The notes under the pieces: generated by a model
The model's input: only the letters and a program-made list of their open reading frames with translations
What the model was told of the DNA's origin: nothing
The model's database searches: none
In this document: one piece after another, positions 63,500-64,000 of the stretch
Layout: each line of letters starts with the position of its first letter
Position numbering within the stretch: position 1 is the stretch's first letter
Assembly: GCA_002245135.1 (NCBI GenBank)
Contig: NGBS01000882.1
Location: forward strand, 1 to 64,000
DNA from: Proteromonas lacertae
Lineage: Eukaryota
Direction: 5' to 3'
DNA: 64,000 nucleotides
Translations under genes and position numbers: made by a program

Positions 63500-64000
63500 A
63501 CTAATTTTTAAATGAGATTTATTGCAATATTTTATATTTTGCTATTAAATTTATATATTCTGTTTGTAATATATTGTATTCTATACCGGCAATTCATTTC
63601 TTATTACTTTTAAAGCATTTTTTAACTAATATAAAAAAATCGTACTTTGTTCATCTATTAACATGTATTAATGTATAATGAAAATGTTTAAATGATTTTA
63701 ATCATTCTTATAAATCTCTTTATATCAACATTAAGAATTGTGTTTCTTCTGGTTTATCAAAAAATATTCCAAACACCCAAAGATTAACCAATCAAAAGCA
63801 AGAGTGACTCATTTCACTTTTTGAGTTTTTATTTTATTTCTCACAAACCCTTCACTTAACCTGCATATGAACATAAGCTTTACTCCAACAAAATGGAAAC
63901 AAATATATAAACGTAATAATAAAGTCGGTTCTCGAAAGCACATTTTATGCTTTCCTGACCACTCTTCTAACTCACATAATGTATTATTTTTAATTTATTT

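Noticed and set aside
1..64000. Stop codons created by polyadenylation (Blastocystis feature with downstream TGTTTGTT)
   Set aside because: Every modelled gene has a genomic stop codon; the TGTTTGTT at 12230-12237 does not follow a recognisable gene.
1..64000. CRISPR arrays, tRNA, rRNA, alternative genetic code
   Set aside because: No spaced repeats or RNA-gene signatures seen by eye; ORF breaks are explained by short introns or single indels under the standard code.
63500..64000. Slightly GC-richer sequence at the window end
   Set aside because: No ORF or RNA structure I can support.

Overview
AT-rich eukaryotic (protist) genomic DNA with compact genes and very short GT-AG introns (23-49 nt, 39 of 41 inferred donors are GTAT). 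Intron size and the large putative-Ig surface proteins resemble Blastocystis/Opalinata stramenopiles (inference only). The first 45 kb is a large inverted duplication: arm 1 (1-11738, open at the window start) and arm 2 (33485-45226) are nearly identical. Each arm carries the MAD1 3' end, an Ariadne RBR ligase, a ~1870-aa Ig/PA14 surface protein (gene A) and the 3' half of a second one (gene B). The 21.7-kb spacer holds a divergent DNAH1-like dynein heavy chain head-to-head with a degenerate kinesin-14-like IQ protein, an H2B with a C-terminal extension and a 3' stem-loop, and the only 5' half of gene B. Two short copied gene fragments (Ariadne tail, kinesin coiled coil) lie next to the surface genes. 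The right part holds MAD1, PRP31, a divergent VPS28, a Tc1/IS630-like HTH ORF, ATE1 with an ArgRS-N-like insertion, a Tudor-less SMN-like gene with a long His-rich tail, a phosphopantetheinyl transferase and CFAP54. All gene models were spliced by hand, and family calls rest on motif recognition, not database searches.
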